NCBI RefSeq assembly: GCF_006345805.1
Contig: NC_043000.1
Location: forward strand, 52,948,001-53,012,000
Length of the DNA: 64,000 nt
DNA from: Octopus sinensis
Lineage: Eukaryota
Direction of reading: 5' to 3'
The notes beneath the pieces are model-generated. The model made no database searches and was not told where the DNA came from. It worked only from the letters and a program-made list of their open reading frames with translations. The translations under genes and the position numbers were made by a program. Of this stretch, positions 13,611-28,659 are shown one piece after another. The stretch's first letter is position 1; every line of letters begins with the position of its first letter.

Positions 13611-16499
13611 AATGGGGAAGTAGATATGTACACGTGCGCACAACACACACGTACATAAATATGTTTGTATGTACATATGTGTATTTTGGGAGGAGAGCGT
13701 GTGCGTGATTCCTTGTATATATAAAACACCCGGACTTTTAGGAATAGACTTACAAAAGTAGTTTAGAAATATTAAGTGAATTTAATATGTGGCACAAGTA
13801 AATTTAAAGTTTATATAATCTCAATTCTTTTTTCACATAGATTCTCATTTACAGGAAAAATACCTCACAAATTTTTTTACTGCTAAGAGCTCAAGAAATT
13901 TCGAAATATGTCTCGAATTTTTTGTGGGATTGTTGCTGGAATCTTGTTGGCTACAGACAATGAGAAACTGAAAAACAATAAAACAAAATAAACTCAAAAC
14001 ACACAAAGAACAAACAAAAATACAAAACAAATACCGATTGGATTATTGTTGGGTGGGTGTTATAATTAAGAATTTTATTTAAATTCTCATAATGATACTG
14101 AATATAAAATCACATATGTTCTTTCAAACTTACTGCTTTGGGCAGTATTGAGTTTTTTCCTAACTAAAGATAATACGCAAACATCTGCAATTTTATTCAT
14201 TGGTTTGTGCTAAATATACTATGGAATTTTAAAACTACTCTGCTCCTCCTGTAGTTGCAAACGCGAGTTGAAAGTGTTCTTATTCAACTTGCTCATTTAA
14301 ACGTAAATATTTACTCGACTGGAGACTCTCATAGGTTCGCATATATTTTGTAGCATAAGATAAAAGCTTGGCGAACAATCAATTGCTTCTGAAGTGTATG
14401 TGTCGTAATTTAGTTGTTCTAAAATGTATGGATATCAGACTTATCCTTTGGGTGATTAACGGCTGAGGATAGATAGTTGCCGTGCTGTTGTTAAGAGGTA
14501 GAGTTCCGAAAAATATAACTTTCGATACAGTAGCGATTTACACCAAGGTAGTTTTCAGTTTTAAAGAATTCTGTTTCATACTAATGTGCTATCAACATTA
14601 TAGATATACACAATATCTTACATTTTATCGACCTTGTCTCTTCAATGTTGTTGATAAGGGTATGGTTTCGGTTTAGTCACTGTTTGGGAATGTTACTTAT
14701 TCCGATTGTTACTTAAGTTAAGGAAAGAACTTCGTTTCTTCAAAGTCTCGGTGCTTCTTTAGCTTCCGTAGACTTCCGTCACCAAGGTAAAAATTTGAGA
14801 TTAAATTCGGGGAAAGTTCATCAATAATAAATTTGACATTGTAACGACCAGATCGATAAGATACAAGATATTGTATTTATCTATTTATCCTAATAGCACA
14901 ATAGTAATTATGAAAACAGAATTGTATTTAACTGAAATTTCTAATACCACATTGGTATACCAATTTATTCGTATATTTTCATCGTTAATCCATTTCGTGA
15001 TAATCATAAGATTGTTGTGTTAATTTATGTTTGATGTACATATGCATCACCTTGGGATTTTTAGATGGCCTAGAAAATACAAATGCTATATGTCGGATGG
15101 CATCTAAAATGTAGACAATACTTTTATTCGTGTTTCTTTTTATGCTAATTCGAAATTCAGTAATGTAACAGATGGAGATATTTCTAAAACTGCTTCAACT
15201 CCTCCAAATATTGTTTGTAATAGTAAATCTATTGTCGCCGTTCTGATCTCTATTTGAGATTTTACTTATTCTTTCATCGATATGTAACACCAATGATATA
15301 TCCAGCAGAAATCCCGATAATGTCTAAAAATATCATCGATAGAATTTTTAGAATGTATATTGTTGAGGAAAAAGAAATACATTTTAGACTAATTGATAAC
15401 TTCTATATTACTATAACTTCTGTTTCAAAATACTAGTTTAATTTCTAGTGATTTTACAAGGAGTGTAAAAAAAATCTTCGAAGCCCTCTATTTATATGTA
15501 CAACATTTTAAGATGTTGATTGTACAGTTTCAGGCTAAATATTTCGTTAAGTTTGGAGGATAGATTGAAATCTGCCTAACAAGACATACTAAGTATTATA
15601 CATTTGTGACAAGGGAGTTTCGGATTAAAATCCAGTGACACCAAGCATATGGATTAGGGCTAGTGGTAAAAGCGTGAAAAAATAGTCCAAACAAATGTTC
15701 CTAGATTAGATTCCATTTGTACAAAATTTCAAACAATCTGCACCCAAGGGCTCTGAGCTATCGGGAGATGTGTTCAAGCAGCTGGAAATCGAGTGCACCG
15801 CTTACACAAACCCCACGAATGGCGAAATGTGTCGCTCGTTCTCGTGATTCAATTTTCTTCATACTCCGGTATATCATGACTTAACACAGATCTATGAAGA
15901 GGTTTAATTTCACACATTTCCATGGCAAATTGCATTCTAACGGTATGTGCACATTTAGTATGATACAGTGATGTGGATATGAGAGCGAATGTGTAATTTG
16001 TTAGGGTGTTCAGCTCTCGAGCGTGAGATCGTCATTTCAATTCTTGAACCTGGTAGTGCGTTGTATTCTTGGGGAAATCTTTTTCTCACCTTGCTCTACG
16101 ATCACTTTCATACCTGGCGTATAATATACCGTGCACCTGTTCAAGCAACAACGAATTGAAGGAAGGAGTGAGCTAATATATACATAGATATTCTTAGAAA
16201 ACATTTGTGCAGGTCACTCAGCAAAAACTAAACACTCATCCGTCGACCTGGACGGGAGATACCATTATGCCTGCATAAATAGATAGATAGATACATAGAT
16301 AGACAGATAGATAGATAGAAAGACAGAGAGAGAGAGAGAGACACACTTAATGCATACATGTATGTATGATGTAATCTGCCGTCGAAGACGATGCATATGC
16401 ATACAAACACACAAACACACACAAATATAAATTCATGTCTGTATATATGTAGACATATATTATATTTATGCATGTATGCATGTTTGTATTCATATATGT

Positions 16500-16559
<60 letters not shown>

Positions 16560-17197
16560 CATTCTTAATGGCAGTTTGCCCATATGCTCATTAATCGAGA
16601 CGTCATCTGAATGCTGAAACTTTGTGACAGCCTCAAGTAATATTATCCAAGTAATTTATATTATTTACGACATGTCTCATGGAGTCAAACAAAACCCAAC
16701 ATCACGAAAATTGGAAGAATGAATTGAAATGTTAATTTGGCTGAGCTGGACGTTTGTAAAAATACAGATATACTCTAGGAATTTATCCGTAGACTCTCAA
16801 TGATCCTCTTTCGTAATCTTGAAAAATTGTTGATAAGGCAATATGAAATTTCAATAAAAGAACATAACCCCAATTTGATAAAGAAGTCTAGGTATTAAAA
16901 CAGCGTGAAGATACATTGAAAGCAATAAGCATGAGTAATCTGCATGATATTTAAGTAACTGTGGCAGATTTTGAACTTTCGATTAGCCAAACTCTTTGAA
17001 CGACAAGAATCGACATAACTAATGCGTTGTTTAAAAAAATACATTCTTCAGACATTGCTTGGTTAATTATGTGAACAATTTCTACGTGTAAATATTCGAG
17101 TAAGAGAGTGAATAATGAATTGTTAATGCAAAAATAAAACTTTGCATCATGTACTAAATGCTCTTTTCGAATGTGCACACACAAACACAAATACGTA

Positions 17198-17230
<33 letters not shown>

Positions 17231-17594
17231 CCGCACAAATTGATATATATGTATATATACTTAAATGTGTATGTTTGTGTGCATGTGTGTGTATGCTGCG
17301 AAATACGACTATTGCACATATGCACATCCTGTATGTGAATATATATGAATAAATACGTGAGTTAATGAAACAAAAGTAGAATCTAGGCGTGCTATTATGC
17401 ATGCACATATACACAACGTGTTGCTAGACTGTTGCGTTTTATTTACAAAGAACGGCTCCGAGCAATAAGCTTTTAACTAATGCTGCAATATTATGTTCAG
17501 AGGTAACATATATTTAAAATAGACACGCATACACATAAATATCATACATATACATATTTAATGAAGCACTGTGACATGTATGAAATATAGACGC

Positions 17595-17630
17595 AAATTT
17601 CATATATATACATATATATATATATAATAT

Positions 17631-17662
<32 letters not shown>

Positions 17663-17679
17663 ATATATATATACATGCG

Positions 17680-17712
<33 letters not shown>

Positions 17713-17763
17713 TATTATATATATATATATATGTATATATGAATATATATATATACATGCGTG

Positions 17764-17837
<74 letters not shown>

Positions 17838-17877
17838 GAATATATATATATACATGCGTGTATATATATATGTATAT

Positions 17878-17910
<33 letters not shown>
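17595..17910. repeat. Long interrupted (TA)n array with a ~97-bp higher-order repeat (atgtatatatgaatatatatatatacatgcgtg at about 17731 and 17828)
   Basis: Directly visible. Confidence 0.9.
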
Positions 17911-18136
17911 GTGTGTACACAGTGAGACTGAGAGAAAAAGAAAGAAATGAAAACGAAAGGTGCATATTTTGTGTCTACGCTTAAATGTTTGCAAATATGT
18001 GAACAGGTCTGTAAAGTAATAATTATACGTCTGCGTATCTTAATAAGAATGTATGGTCGTATGTGCGTGTTTACGTCGTGGTGTGTGTACATACCTCTCT
18101 TTATGTATATTCATTATTTCACGTATATATATATAT

Positions 18137-18183
<47 letters not shown>

Positions 18184-18595
18184 TCTTCCAATCTTTGTTG
18201 TAAATTACTTCTATATAATATGATATGTGAGTTCATGAAGATCTAAGGAAGTGTGAAGGAAATAATAAGCTGTAGGTGTGCGGTATTAATGTCGTTAATA
18301 AGCAAAATCTGTGATCTCTATTACTTCTCTTTTTCCTTTCTTTCTTCTAGTTCACTGATGCCATTATAATTATTATTAAAACATTATAAAAATGTAAATA
18401 TTTCTTTATTTCTATGAATAACTAATTAGTAATTGCGGTCAAACTTTTATAGTATATTCTTTGTTACGCATTTTATCAAAGTAAATTATTTCTATCAGTA
18501 TTCTGGCTTCAGAAACATGCGCGCAACCGCACGATAATGTGCTTTATTTAAATTCCCACTAATACATACGCATTATGCATACGTACATTATATGA

Positions 18596-18644
<49 letters not shown>

Positions 18645-19639
18645 AGTCTATAAAAGTCAACCTACGCATAAGCATGGATGTATTTGCGGTATGCTCAACA
18701 TAATGACAAGAATGATACAACGTAAATTTTAATCACAACAAAATATATTTATCAATATTGAGAGAAAATGATGTGTGTTGTACGGGCAGTGAGTGATATT
18801 TCGAGACAAGTCTCATCGTCAGATTATCAAAAAGGAAAGCCTGTTAAGGAGAGGAGGCAAAAAGGAAATTTGTTTATGTAGTTTGAAATTGAACGTAAGC
18901 TGGAGTGATTTCAAGTGGGTCAGAAGGAAGCAAGTTTAATAAGTAAATGTAAACCTGTGTGTAGTATCGTGTATTTCTGTCTGATTGTGTAGCTCACTTA
19001 CGTACACCCTGTTGTTGATGTTGAAATTCCGTTGAAGGTGCCTTGAATCGAGGTTAGAAACCGGCTGTTTCTCTATTGGCAAAAATGTCTTGAAATAAAA
19101 CTGAACAATGACATACATACATATGTGTGAATATATGCATTTACATGTGTGTTCCTGTGCAAGACGGTTACATTTATGAGTTTGTCTTCTACTGTTACCA
19201 GGTGATATTTTTCCGATTCATGTTCCCGCAACTCAGTGCTTCGATAGAAAAAACCCCGATAGAACTAGACTGAAAGTTAGCAAATGTCGATGTGATCAAC
19301 AGCGACTTTCGAAGAAGACTTGCAGATTGGCGGCAGTCTACAGACTGTTATACAGTATAATACTAAAGGAATGATGTATTTTGCTTGTTTATTTGTGATA
19401 GGAAAATGTCATATAACAAGTTTCTCACACGCACCCGAAAACACACATACACACACACACACACATATATATAGAGGTAAATGTAAGGATAAGCAATTTA
19501 GGCAGGTCAATATACAAACTATACTGTCTTGAGCGCTACGAAGTGTATTCTATACGGTGAATATTTGAACCTCATCTATGAACAATATACCATTTATTCG
19601 GTTGAGCACTACTTATAGATAACACTCATGGATAAGCAA

Positions 19640-19950
19640 TTCTTAGGTACGTCTAGAAAGATTAACCCAATCCAACCTAGGGATTTTTACAAGCATTCTG
19701 TACGGAGAATATTTGATATTCTTATCTATTAACAATATAAATCGGTATGCAGATGACACAAAAGTCTCAGAAAATACAAAATCCTGGAAGTATTGAACAT
19801 CTGCAACGGGATTTGGAGGCAACATACAAGAGGGCTGAGTACAACAACATGCAGTTTAATGCAGGAAAATTCCAAGTACTGTGCTACCAGCACTTAAAAC
19901 TGAACGACATACAAATAGGGTACACTGGCTCGGGAGGAATTGCAGTGATG
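19640..19950 (+). mobile_element. CR1/L2-type LINE reverse transcriptase fragment
   Basis: YADDTKVS, then after a frameshift QKIQNPGSIEHLQRDLEATYKRAEYNNMQFNAGKFQVL. This is the RT catalytic YADD motif plus the typical CR1/L2 'LQ.DL......N.M.FN..K..VL' thumb segment. Confidence 0.85.
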
Positions 19951-20157
19951 CATCTTTTCAAGTGCATATTACGAATTTGGTAATAAAATGCAGTATTAGA
20001 TATTTCGTGTTTAATTTCGAATTTAGAATTCTTATAAAGTATTCTTCTTTTATCTTTCGTAGTTGGAACTTTTTATAGTTTTCATTTTTGTAAAATTTGA
20101 ATATTTTAAATTTCCCATTTGCACAGGTTTCTAGATGTTCAAACAGCTGCACGAGAC

Positions 20158-20371
20158 CGTGAAGTGTAATTGCCACTGAAATATGGCTAACACTTAAGGG
20201 TGGATGACCCTGTAGCTTGTAGCCCCAAGAAGACACCCCCTCCAGCTGGCTATTGGCACACTGTCTTAGGGGCACCGAAGGTGTGTCAGTTGCCAACTGG
20301 AGGTGTTTTACTGGAGCTACAAGTAGCATCCACCTTTAAGGGTTAGCCACATACCTGGCAAATATACTTCA

Positions 20372-20373
<2 letters not shown>
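20158..20373. mobile_element. ~216-bp palindromic (fold-back) MITE-like element
   Basis: Nested inverted matches: cgtgaagtgtaattgcca/tggcaaatatacttcacg, tggctaacacttaagggtggatg/catccacctttaagggttagcca, ttgtagc/gctacaa, cctccagctggc/gccaactggagg, tggcacac/gtgtgtca. Confidence 0.75.
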
Positions 20374-20468
<95 letters not shown>

Positions 20469-20484
20469 ATATGTATGTGTTAGG

Positions 20485-20640
20485 CGGGCGTCTTTCAATT
20501 TTCTTCCAAGAAATCCATTCCCAGAGCATTGGCCGTCCAAAGACTTTCACAGAAAATACTTGTCTAAGATGCAACGCGGTGGAAATGAACTTGGAGCAAG
20601 CAGCAGGGTAGCAAATTTCTTACCACGCAGCAACGCGTCA
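20485..20640 (-). mobile_element. Decayed SINE (family 1), 5' half
   Basis: The reverse complement aligns with the head of 27722-27885 (gctgcgtggtaagaa...gaatggattt...gaaagacgcccg). Confidence 0.6.
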
Positions 20641-21363
20641 AAATCAAGCTAAGCGATGCACACACAGATACACACAGTCACAAAAACACACACACACATA
20701 CACACATATAGGCAGAAACATATATGTGTATATATGTACATACACATATATATATATATATATATTGTAGCTAAATGTGTATGTCGTAGATATTTTCCTT
20801 CTTGCTTACAACCATTAATGTTCATTGAGTTGGATTAACGAATAAATTTGAATTTTAACATTTAGAAACATAAGAGTAAACACTTTGATATTCGCGACTA
20901 GAAGGAAATGATTAGTTTCGAGACTTCAATTTCCGAACTTTATGTGGCTGGCAAATAATTTTAATGACATATCATGATATAACATATACATAAGTGCTTC
21001 AATATTTCCGGTCTCTAAATGAGCGTTCCTGCTCCACAGCTGGTTTGTGTACAGATAGTTTCTTTCATAACTGTAGCAGTCGATCCTGCGTGGTATATAT
21101 GTTTTACATTGACAAGTATCAATTTGCATCCTTAATATACAAGTAGCGAACACGATATCAAATTATCTAATATTTCGCAATCATACAGGTGTGAAACTAT
21201 AGTTTCCATTTATCTTTTATGTTACATTGTTTTCAAACCTATTAATAATATACAAATAATTCCTATTGTATTCTCGATCTACCATATCAATCTAAAAGAA
21301 ATTTATTTTATATTAGGAAACACTTGTTAATCATGTATACATACATATATATGTATATGTACA

Positions 21364-21460
<97 letters not shown>

Positions 21461-21475
21461 TGTGTGTGTGTGTGT

Positions 21476-21508
<33 letters not shown>

Positions 21509-22146
21509 CGAGCAAAACGCCCTCCGTCCAATGGACGGTGCTGGGTTGTCAAATATTTAAATCAAATTTTCTCAAAACAACTTGTCCGACCGTCCCATAT
21601 GCCTCCCCTTTGAGAAACACTGATTTAATCTAAATTTGAGACACCAGCAATAAAAAAGAAATAAAGATACACTTTTTTCCATTTCAAAGAAAAACGATTA
21701 TATTCGGGAGAACACAAACATGGTTTAAACAGTAAGCGTGGAAGGAACGAAACGTGTTTTCTTTTCGTTAAAAAATAATTAAGCATGCCTTTATTTCAAT
21801 AAAACTTTTAGCTTTGTTAAACGAAGTTAAGCCAAAAAAATACTTCTTGAGAAACCAAATAATCTTTCTTTCCTTCATGCCAAGTTTGAAGAAAATATCT
21901 TTTTTGCATTTACTTTTTTGGTCTCTTAAATATACTGCATTTTGTACTGCCCATATCTTTAGAAAAGACCCTGTTCATTTAAACTTTTGTGTTGTATCCT
22001 CTACCACCCCTACCCAAGCTTTCTCTCAGACTGTAATATCTCTTATCCTTCACTCGCCCCAAGACGATGAGTGTGTCTCGGAGAGTGATTGTAACAAACA
22101 TGCAGATTAAAAGTAATAATAACAACAGCAATAATAATAATGCTGG

Positions 22147-22620
22147 AAAATACTGAAATGTACAAGCTACCAAAAGACCAAACTGCATGAATGTTGGCAA
22201 TGAACGGAATGACTGTAATCCGAGTATTTGTAGGGGCACTGACAACACTAACGACTAGGTTTAAGAAATGAGTCGGAGAAATTGTAATTGACATGAAAGA
22301 AGAATATACTAAGAAAATTGCTCTTTTGGGGATAAAGACAATTTTGAGATTGGTACCTGGATGGTAAATATCTTGGAAAGAGATACTTTTAGCCCTTCGA
22401 TAATAATTTCCTGTCCGGTTTTAATGAATTATTTGAAGCAAGTATAATCGAAATTGGAAAGTGACATGGGGGAAGAAAATGCTAAGAAAATTGCTCTGTT
22501 GAGGATAACGAGAACTTTGAGATAGACACTTGGATGCTATGTATCTTGGAAAGATACTTTTAGCCCTTTGACAATAAGCTGCTTTCCGGTCTTAAAGAAT
22601 TAATCGGAACAAGTATAATC
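22147..22620 (+). mobile_element. R4/Dong 3' end (RLE C-terminus plus 3'UTR), tandemly duplicated
   Basis: Translates to MYKLPKDQTA*MLAMNGMTVIRVFVGALTTLTTRFKK*VGEIVIDMKEEYTKKIALLGIKTILR. The segment 22279-22450 is repeated at 22451-22620. It is preceded by (AAT)n. Confidence 0.75.
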
Positions 22621-22849
22621 ATGGGTTCAGAGAAGTAAAATGTTTATGATGATGATGATTCCAAATTTTCGCACAAGACCAGCAAGTCTGAGAGGAAGGA
22701 GACGTTGTGCACATCGATAAAGTGCTGAAATGACACTCATTTTATCAACTCCGAATAGCTGGGAGGCAAACTTGACCTTACCGGTATTTGAACGTGAAAT
22801 GCCACCAAGTATTTTGTCCATGGGAAAATGAATCCTACAGTAATATTGT

Positions 22850-23025
22850 AGTCATAGTTGTAGTAGTAGTAGTAGTAGTATTAGTAGTAGTAGTAGAAGA
22901 AGAAGAAGAAGAAGAAGAAGAAGAAGAAGAAAAAGAAGAAGAAAAAGAAGAAGAGGAGGAGGAGAAGAAGAAGAAGAAGAAGAAGAAGAAGAAGAAGAAG
23001 AAGAAGAAGAAAAGGAAAAAAAGAT
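22850..23025. repeat. (TAG)n followed by (GAA)n trinucleotide arrays
   Basis: Directly visible. Confidence 0.95.
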
Positions 23026-26000
23026 GAAACAAATGTAACTATCTACAATGCAGTTAATTACAATTAGGCGAATGACAATTGGCATTTGACACGTTATTAG
23101 TGATAACTGGAACGACCGAAAAACATTTTGTGGGCGTTATTCTTATGCTGTTATGTTGCACTTCACGGCGTAACATTGGAAGAATAATCTACAAAAATAT
23201 TGAGCATGCACATCACATTTTAGTAGTATTGGTCGGTCACTACTTTTAGAATATTACAGCGCTAGCATCTATAAATGCCAGGAAATTAAAGAATTCGATG
23301 CAGTTGTCACCAAGTCATCTATAGACTAGCGTGAATGTGAAGCATGTTTTGTAATTATATATTCTAAAATGAATTTGAATGTGAAATAAATGACAGTGAC
23401 TTTTTGTTATATCGTACTGATTACTTTCTACTGTTGCAATACTTGCTTCAAAGAAACACCGTCTTTCAATAATTATTTTGCTTTAATATTCAAGACGCCT
23501 TTGTGTTCATAATTTGAAGAATATCTTCGTTAAAGCGCTAGTTTATTCAGCGTGGTCTGGCTGAAAATGAGAGTTGTACTTTTACGCCATACCATTTCAA
23601 CCTTACAAAGTAAAAGACCATGTATACATGCACAAGATAATCAATTTTACGTTTTATTGGATAAAAGTACATTATGTTGGTTATTAAGAATACAGATATA
23701 CTAATTGGAATCTTTATAGTGCACGACACTAATTGAAGAAAGAAAAAAAATTTATTAAGTAAAATGCACCAATAATTGTTTATAATTCTTCCCTTTATGC
23801 AGTAACAGTTGTGTCGTTAAATGTCTCATGTGGACATATACGGCAATATGTAATAGAACATATTATATAGTCATAAATATAGGTATCTAGGCTGCTACTC
23901 TGTCTCTCTTTACACACATACACGCATGTGCGTGTGTGTTAGTAGAGATAGAGATATACAAATGTGTAGATAGTTATGTGTGCGCGCATATAAATGCATG
24001 TATACATGTGTCTGGATATCAGCAGTAGGTTAAAATTTGTGTGAAGGTATGTGTTTCAGAAAAGTAGTTTAGTCTCTAAGACACGAGAATAAAGTTCTTT
24101 GTAAATGTGTATTTATTGGGAGATAGCATTCGTCTTTACGAATGTCATCAATAATCTACTAAGTTCTGCGGCACATGTCCTTGGGTTAACTATAAAAACT
24201 TATATTAAAATTGTGTCAAACTCTGTCTGCAAATGTACGTAAGATAGAAGGTGGAATGTTAAGTATGAGGAAGGGAAAAGCTAGGAAGTTTATTATTACT
24301 TTTATTTCTTTGGACCACATAAAGCACTTATGACAAGTTATTAGATATAACACTAAGAATATTATGTCTAGGAATGTTATAACTTTTCTCGAGTAGGCAG
24401 CCTTGCTATATATAGGTGAGAGTGCTGTGTTGTTAGTGTGTAATTATGTGTAAAACTATGTTGAAGACAAAAGAAGAGAGTATAATGGAGGAGAATACTC
24501 CAGTTAGTCCAAGAAAAATGCCTATAACCGCTCAATTATTTCGGGAATATTCTAAGAGAATAGAACGAACCTATACTTGCAGGTCCCAAGCAAATATATC
24601 TTTTTGAAAGTTTGGCAGCTCACTGATTAATTTTGATTGAAGCAGGGGAGTTGTTCTTTTCTCCTTACAAACTTTACGGTTTCTTGATGCCTTCACATAT
24701 GATTTTATCCAGTCGAACACCATCGATTTGCTAGTGTAGTCGATAATCTGTGCTGTTATATCTTATAAGTAGTTGGTTATCTATATGAGATTACTCTAGC
24801 CAGTGTGTGTAAAAACATGACTTACATTTATAATATATCTGCGTGTGACCTTTAGATACAAGTGTATAACTATTCTATCGGCCGTGTGAGTGAATAGTGC
24901 CATCTGGAATATTAATGCGAGTGTTTTGACATACTGCTAAAAAGTCAGCTTCGCGCATGACAGATTTTGGGTACCCCACTTCATTAGATTTACGTACGTT
25001 GATCAGCGTCATGCTGCATACAAGCAACAGGTTATAAAAGCAGCACCGATTGAATTTTCGTTTTATTTTTACATACGTGTATTAAGGAAATGCTTATCTT
25101 GAAGGGCCAAGCGTTTTATCCAATAACTCTCTTAATATTCAGAAGGATGGCGGAGATGACCCATATTAACTTCATATGAAATAAGCTTACTATATTAATT
25201 TTAATATCCACATAGAAGGGACTGTAAGCCTTATCACATTCATGGGTAATAAATTTCCTTTTACACGTATTAACTTTATGTTCCTGGATTACGATTGCTT
25301 ACAGCTACTTATTCAGCTTAATTTACTAAAGGGTCTACTTATCGAAATTCTGATTTGAAGAGGGTAGATAGCAGATTATAATTCTAATATTATATTTCAG
25401 TCATTAGTATAGCAATGGCAGTGAGATTATTGCTCTATATAATTTTATTTAATTAAAGAAATGAAAATTTGGCTCCCATGTATTGAACTCTAGGTCTATG
25501 GCTGTTCCTCAAAAATCGTCCTCAGTTAAGTTAATGGCACCTTCAAAGTTAAAGACTTTGTACTTAATGAGATTTATATGATTATTACAGAACATCCTTC
25601 GGGTGGATATATAGCACTTCTGTTCTTTAGCTTAGATATCATTACGATATAATCTCCATTAAAAGCTAGTCTCTAAGAGAAAATAAACACTCAAAATAAT
25701 TTCAGAAGACCAAGACGCGGCACTTCGTTTGTTGCTAATAAAATGTTTCAATTATATGAACATCTAAACGAAACATTGTTTCTCGACACTCTCGTAAGTT
25801 GCTGTTAGCTAAAATGTTTGTTAAACTTTAAGAGCATATACGTTGTTAAATTTCCTGTTACCGCAAATGATGTAAGATATTTCGGATTAGCTGTCTCTAT
25901 ATCCCATTGGTTATTGTGATTATTGGCATTTTTAACAGCCAATCAGTGTTATCAAATGTATGACACACACACACAAAAAAAACGCGCACACACACCAAAC

Positions 26001-26104
26001 GTACGCGCGCGCACATATATGCTTCTACTTTTCTCTGGTATTGATAAACCACAATGATGAGATATCGTATATCAACCATTGTCGGCAACCGATAGTGTTT
26101 ATAC

Positions 26105-26159
26105 ATACACACACACATACACACACACATATATATATATATAATATATATATATATAT

Positions 26160-26238
<79 letters not shown>

Positions 26239-26250
26239 TGTGTGTGTGTG
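26105..26250. repeat. (CA)n/(TA)n/(GATA)n compound microsatellite
   Basis: Directly visible. Confidence 0.95.
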
Positions 26251-26527
26251 GCGGGGTGTTCCATTATATTTCATTATATTTCATTAATCAAATAAATACA
26301 GATATTAGTCTTATGTCCAGTCTGAAGAAGTGATGGAATTTTCATTTATTTCTTTAATATTGTATGCATTTGCATAATATTTTTATTTGTATATATATCA
26401 CTGTGTTAATTGATGTAACAATTTCACTAATTATCAAACGATCGTAACTAATTAATAAGTGTAATACGCTCCTCCTCATTCCTTTGAGTGCGTAATATAG
26501 TTGAACATATATACATATGCACATACG

Positions 26528-26835
<308 letters not shown>

Positions 26836-27721
26836 AATTTAGCAAGTTATAACCTGAACAAATGTCATGGAAACAACGTCAGAACATCATAGGTCTGTGA
26901 GCAGGAAGAAATAAAATGAATAATAATGAAATTATTCGTCGTCAGCGTAAAAATCAATAACCATTATGGTTGGCAACAGTGTCTGACACATTTTCTATGA
27001 TCTTTAGATTTGAATTTAGTTACTGACATATTGTTGTATAAAGTTTGTCACACTATATTCCAAATAAAGATTATATTTATATTTTGATGTTTAAAGAGAG
27101 GAAAAATATAGAAACTGAAAAGTCTGTGGTAACGTTTGATCATAGAAAGCAGTATTTTGCTGCGAAAATCATTCTCTCTGACGTTTCCTTATAAATGACG
27201 TAGGTACTGTTGTTTTTACGAAGTTCTGTGCGTATTTTGTTTTGCTTTTGTTTGTTTTGGTCCTTAATAAATGGTGTACTGATTATTTTGCATTCCATTT
27301 CGTTTTGTATTGTTTTTAACGCATTTATCATCACAGAATTGTTAAGCAGTTACACTTATTTTACTTATTAATTCGCTCTATTGACTGAGTCTATTTCCTT
27401 GGTTTCATTTATGATCAAGATAGTAGAGCGGTACAATTAATCACAGGTTTCTTAAATATGAAATTTTCAGCGAGAGTATATGATTATAAATTTTACGGAG
27501 AAAGCAAATACACTTATTTCTAAATTGGAATTACTAGCATAACCTCCTCTTTATGAGTATTTTCTGGTCAACTTTACGCACACAGGAACGCACACACATG
27601 CATCCCACACACACATAAGCGCATACTCACATATATACATGCATACGTACATATATCTGTATACCTGTGTGTAAATTGTGAAAGAGAGGTGAGGAAGTTG
27701 CGTCCATGTTAAAGCAACAAT

Positions 27722-28132
27722 AGGCGCAGGAGTGGCTGTGTGGTATGTAGCTTGCTAACCAGCCACATGGTTCCGGGTTCAGTCCCACTGCGTGGCATCT
27801 TGGGCAAGTGTCTTCTTCTATAGCCTCGTGACAACCAAAGCCTTGTGAGTGGATTTGGTAGACGGAAACTGAAAGGAGCCTGTCCTATGTATATATATAT
27901 GCATGTGTGTGTACATGTTTGTGTGTTTGAGTTTGTCCCTCTAGCATTGCTTGACAACCGATGCTGGTGTGTTTGCGTCCCCTTCACTTAGCGGTTCGGC
28001 AAAAGAGACCGATAGAATAAGTACTGGGCTTCCAAAGAATAAGTCCCGGGGTCGATTTGCTCGACTAAAGGCGGCGCTCTAGCCTGGCCGCAGTCAAAGG
28101 ACTGAAACAAGTAAAGAGTAAAGAGTAAAGAG
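27722..28132 (+). mobile_element. Full-length tRNA-type SINE (family 1)
   Basis: The head has A-box-like (tggctgtgtggt) and B-box-like (gggttcagtccc) motifs, followed by the core gtgagtggatttggtagacggaaactgaa, an internal microsatellite, and a 3' part ending in (gtaaaga)n. Homologous copies lie at 35208 and 35771. Confidence 0.9.
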
Positions 28133-28659
28133 TGTACACTTGTGCTCCCCACTAAAAAGAAACATTACACCATTATTTTGTGAAACAAGGGAGGAAACGA
28201 AGGTGAACGAGAAAACTTTCAAACTATAACAGATTGTGCGAAAGGCGTAAACATCAAATAAAAGAACGACACTCAGATGAGTTGAGACACTTCAAAATGG
28301 AACAAATTCAGTCGTAAAGTTGAGTAGCGGAGAGCTGATGACCATATTATATTTTAATGAAGCTACGTCCTGATGACAAATTAATCTAGAAACACGAATT
28401 ATTTATTGAAGAGGATAGATTAAGAGAAAATTCCTGATATGCATGCTATGAGCATTTAAGGCCGTTGAAGCTTTACTATCTACTTAACAAAAATATACCC
28501 AGGAGAACACTTGTCGTGACAAACCTTAACATGGGGTGGGTGAGAGGGTCACACGACTAAATGCTATTTAGATTATGATTATCATATTTTTAATTAAATT
28601 CTTAACTCTGTCATATCACAAAAAGCTTAATCCACATTTTCTTGATTTCATTTGCCCCA

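Noticed and set aside
15690-15900. Moderately GC-rich stretch with a short open frame (APKGSELSGDVFKQLEIEC...)
   Set aside because: No recognisable homology and weak splice signals. Cannot be supported.
27722-27800. tRNA gene
   Set aside because: Only A/B-box-like motifs of a SINE head, with no complete cloverleaf. The same applies at 35208, 35771 and 55729.
28320-28410. Two CTGATGA words (about 28334 and 28370), one followed by GAAAC
   Set aside because: No stem II or stem I pairing, so not a hammerhead.
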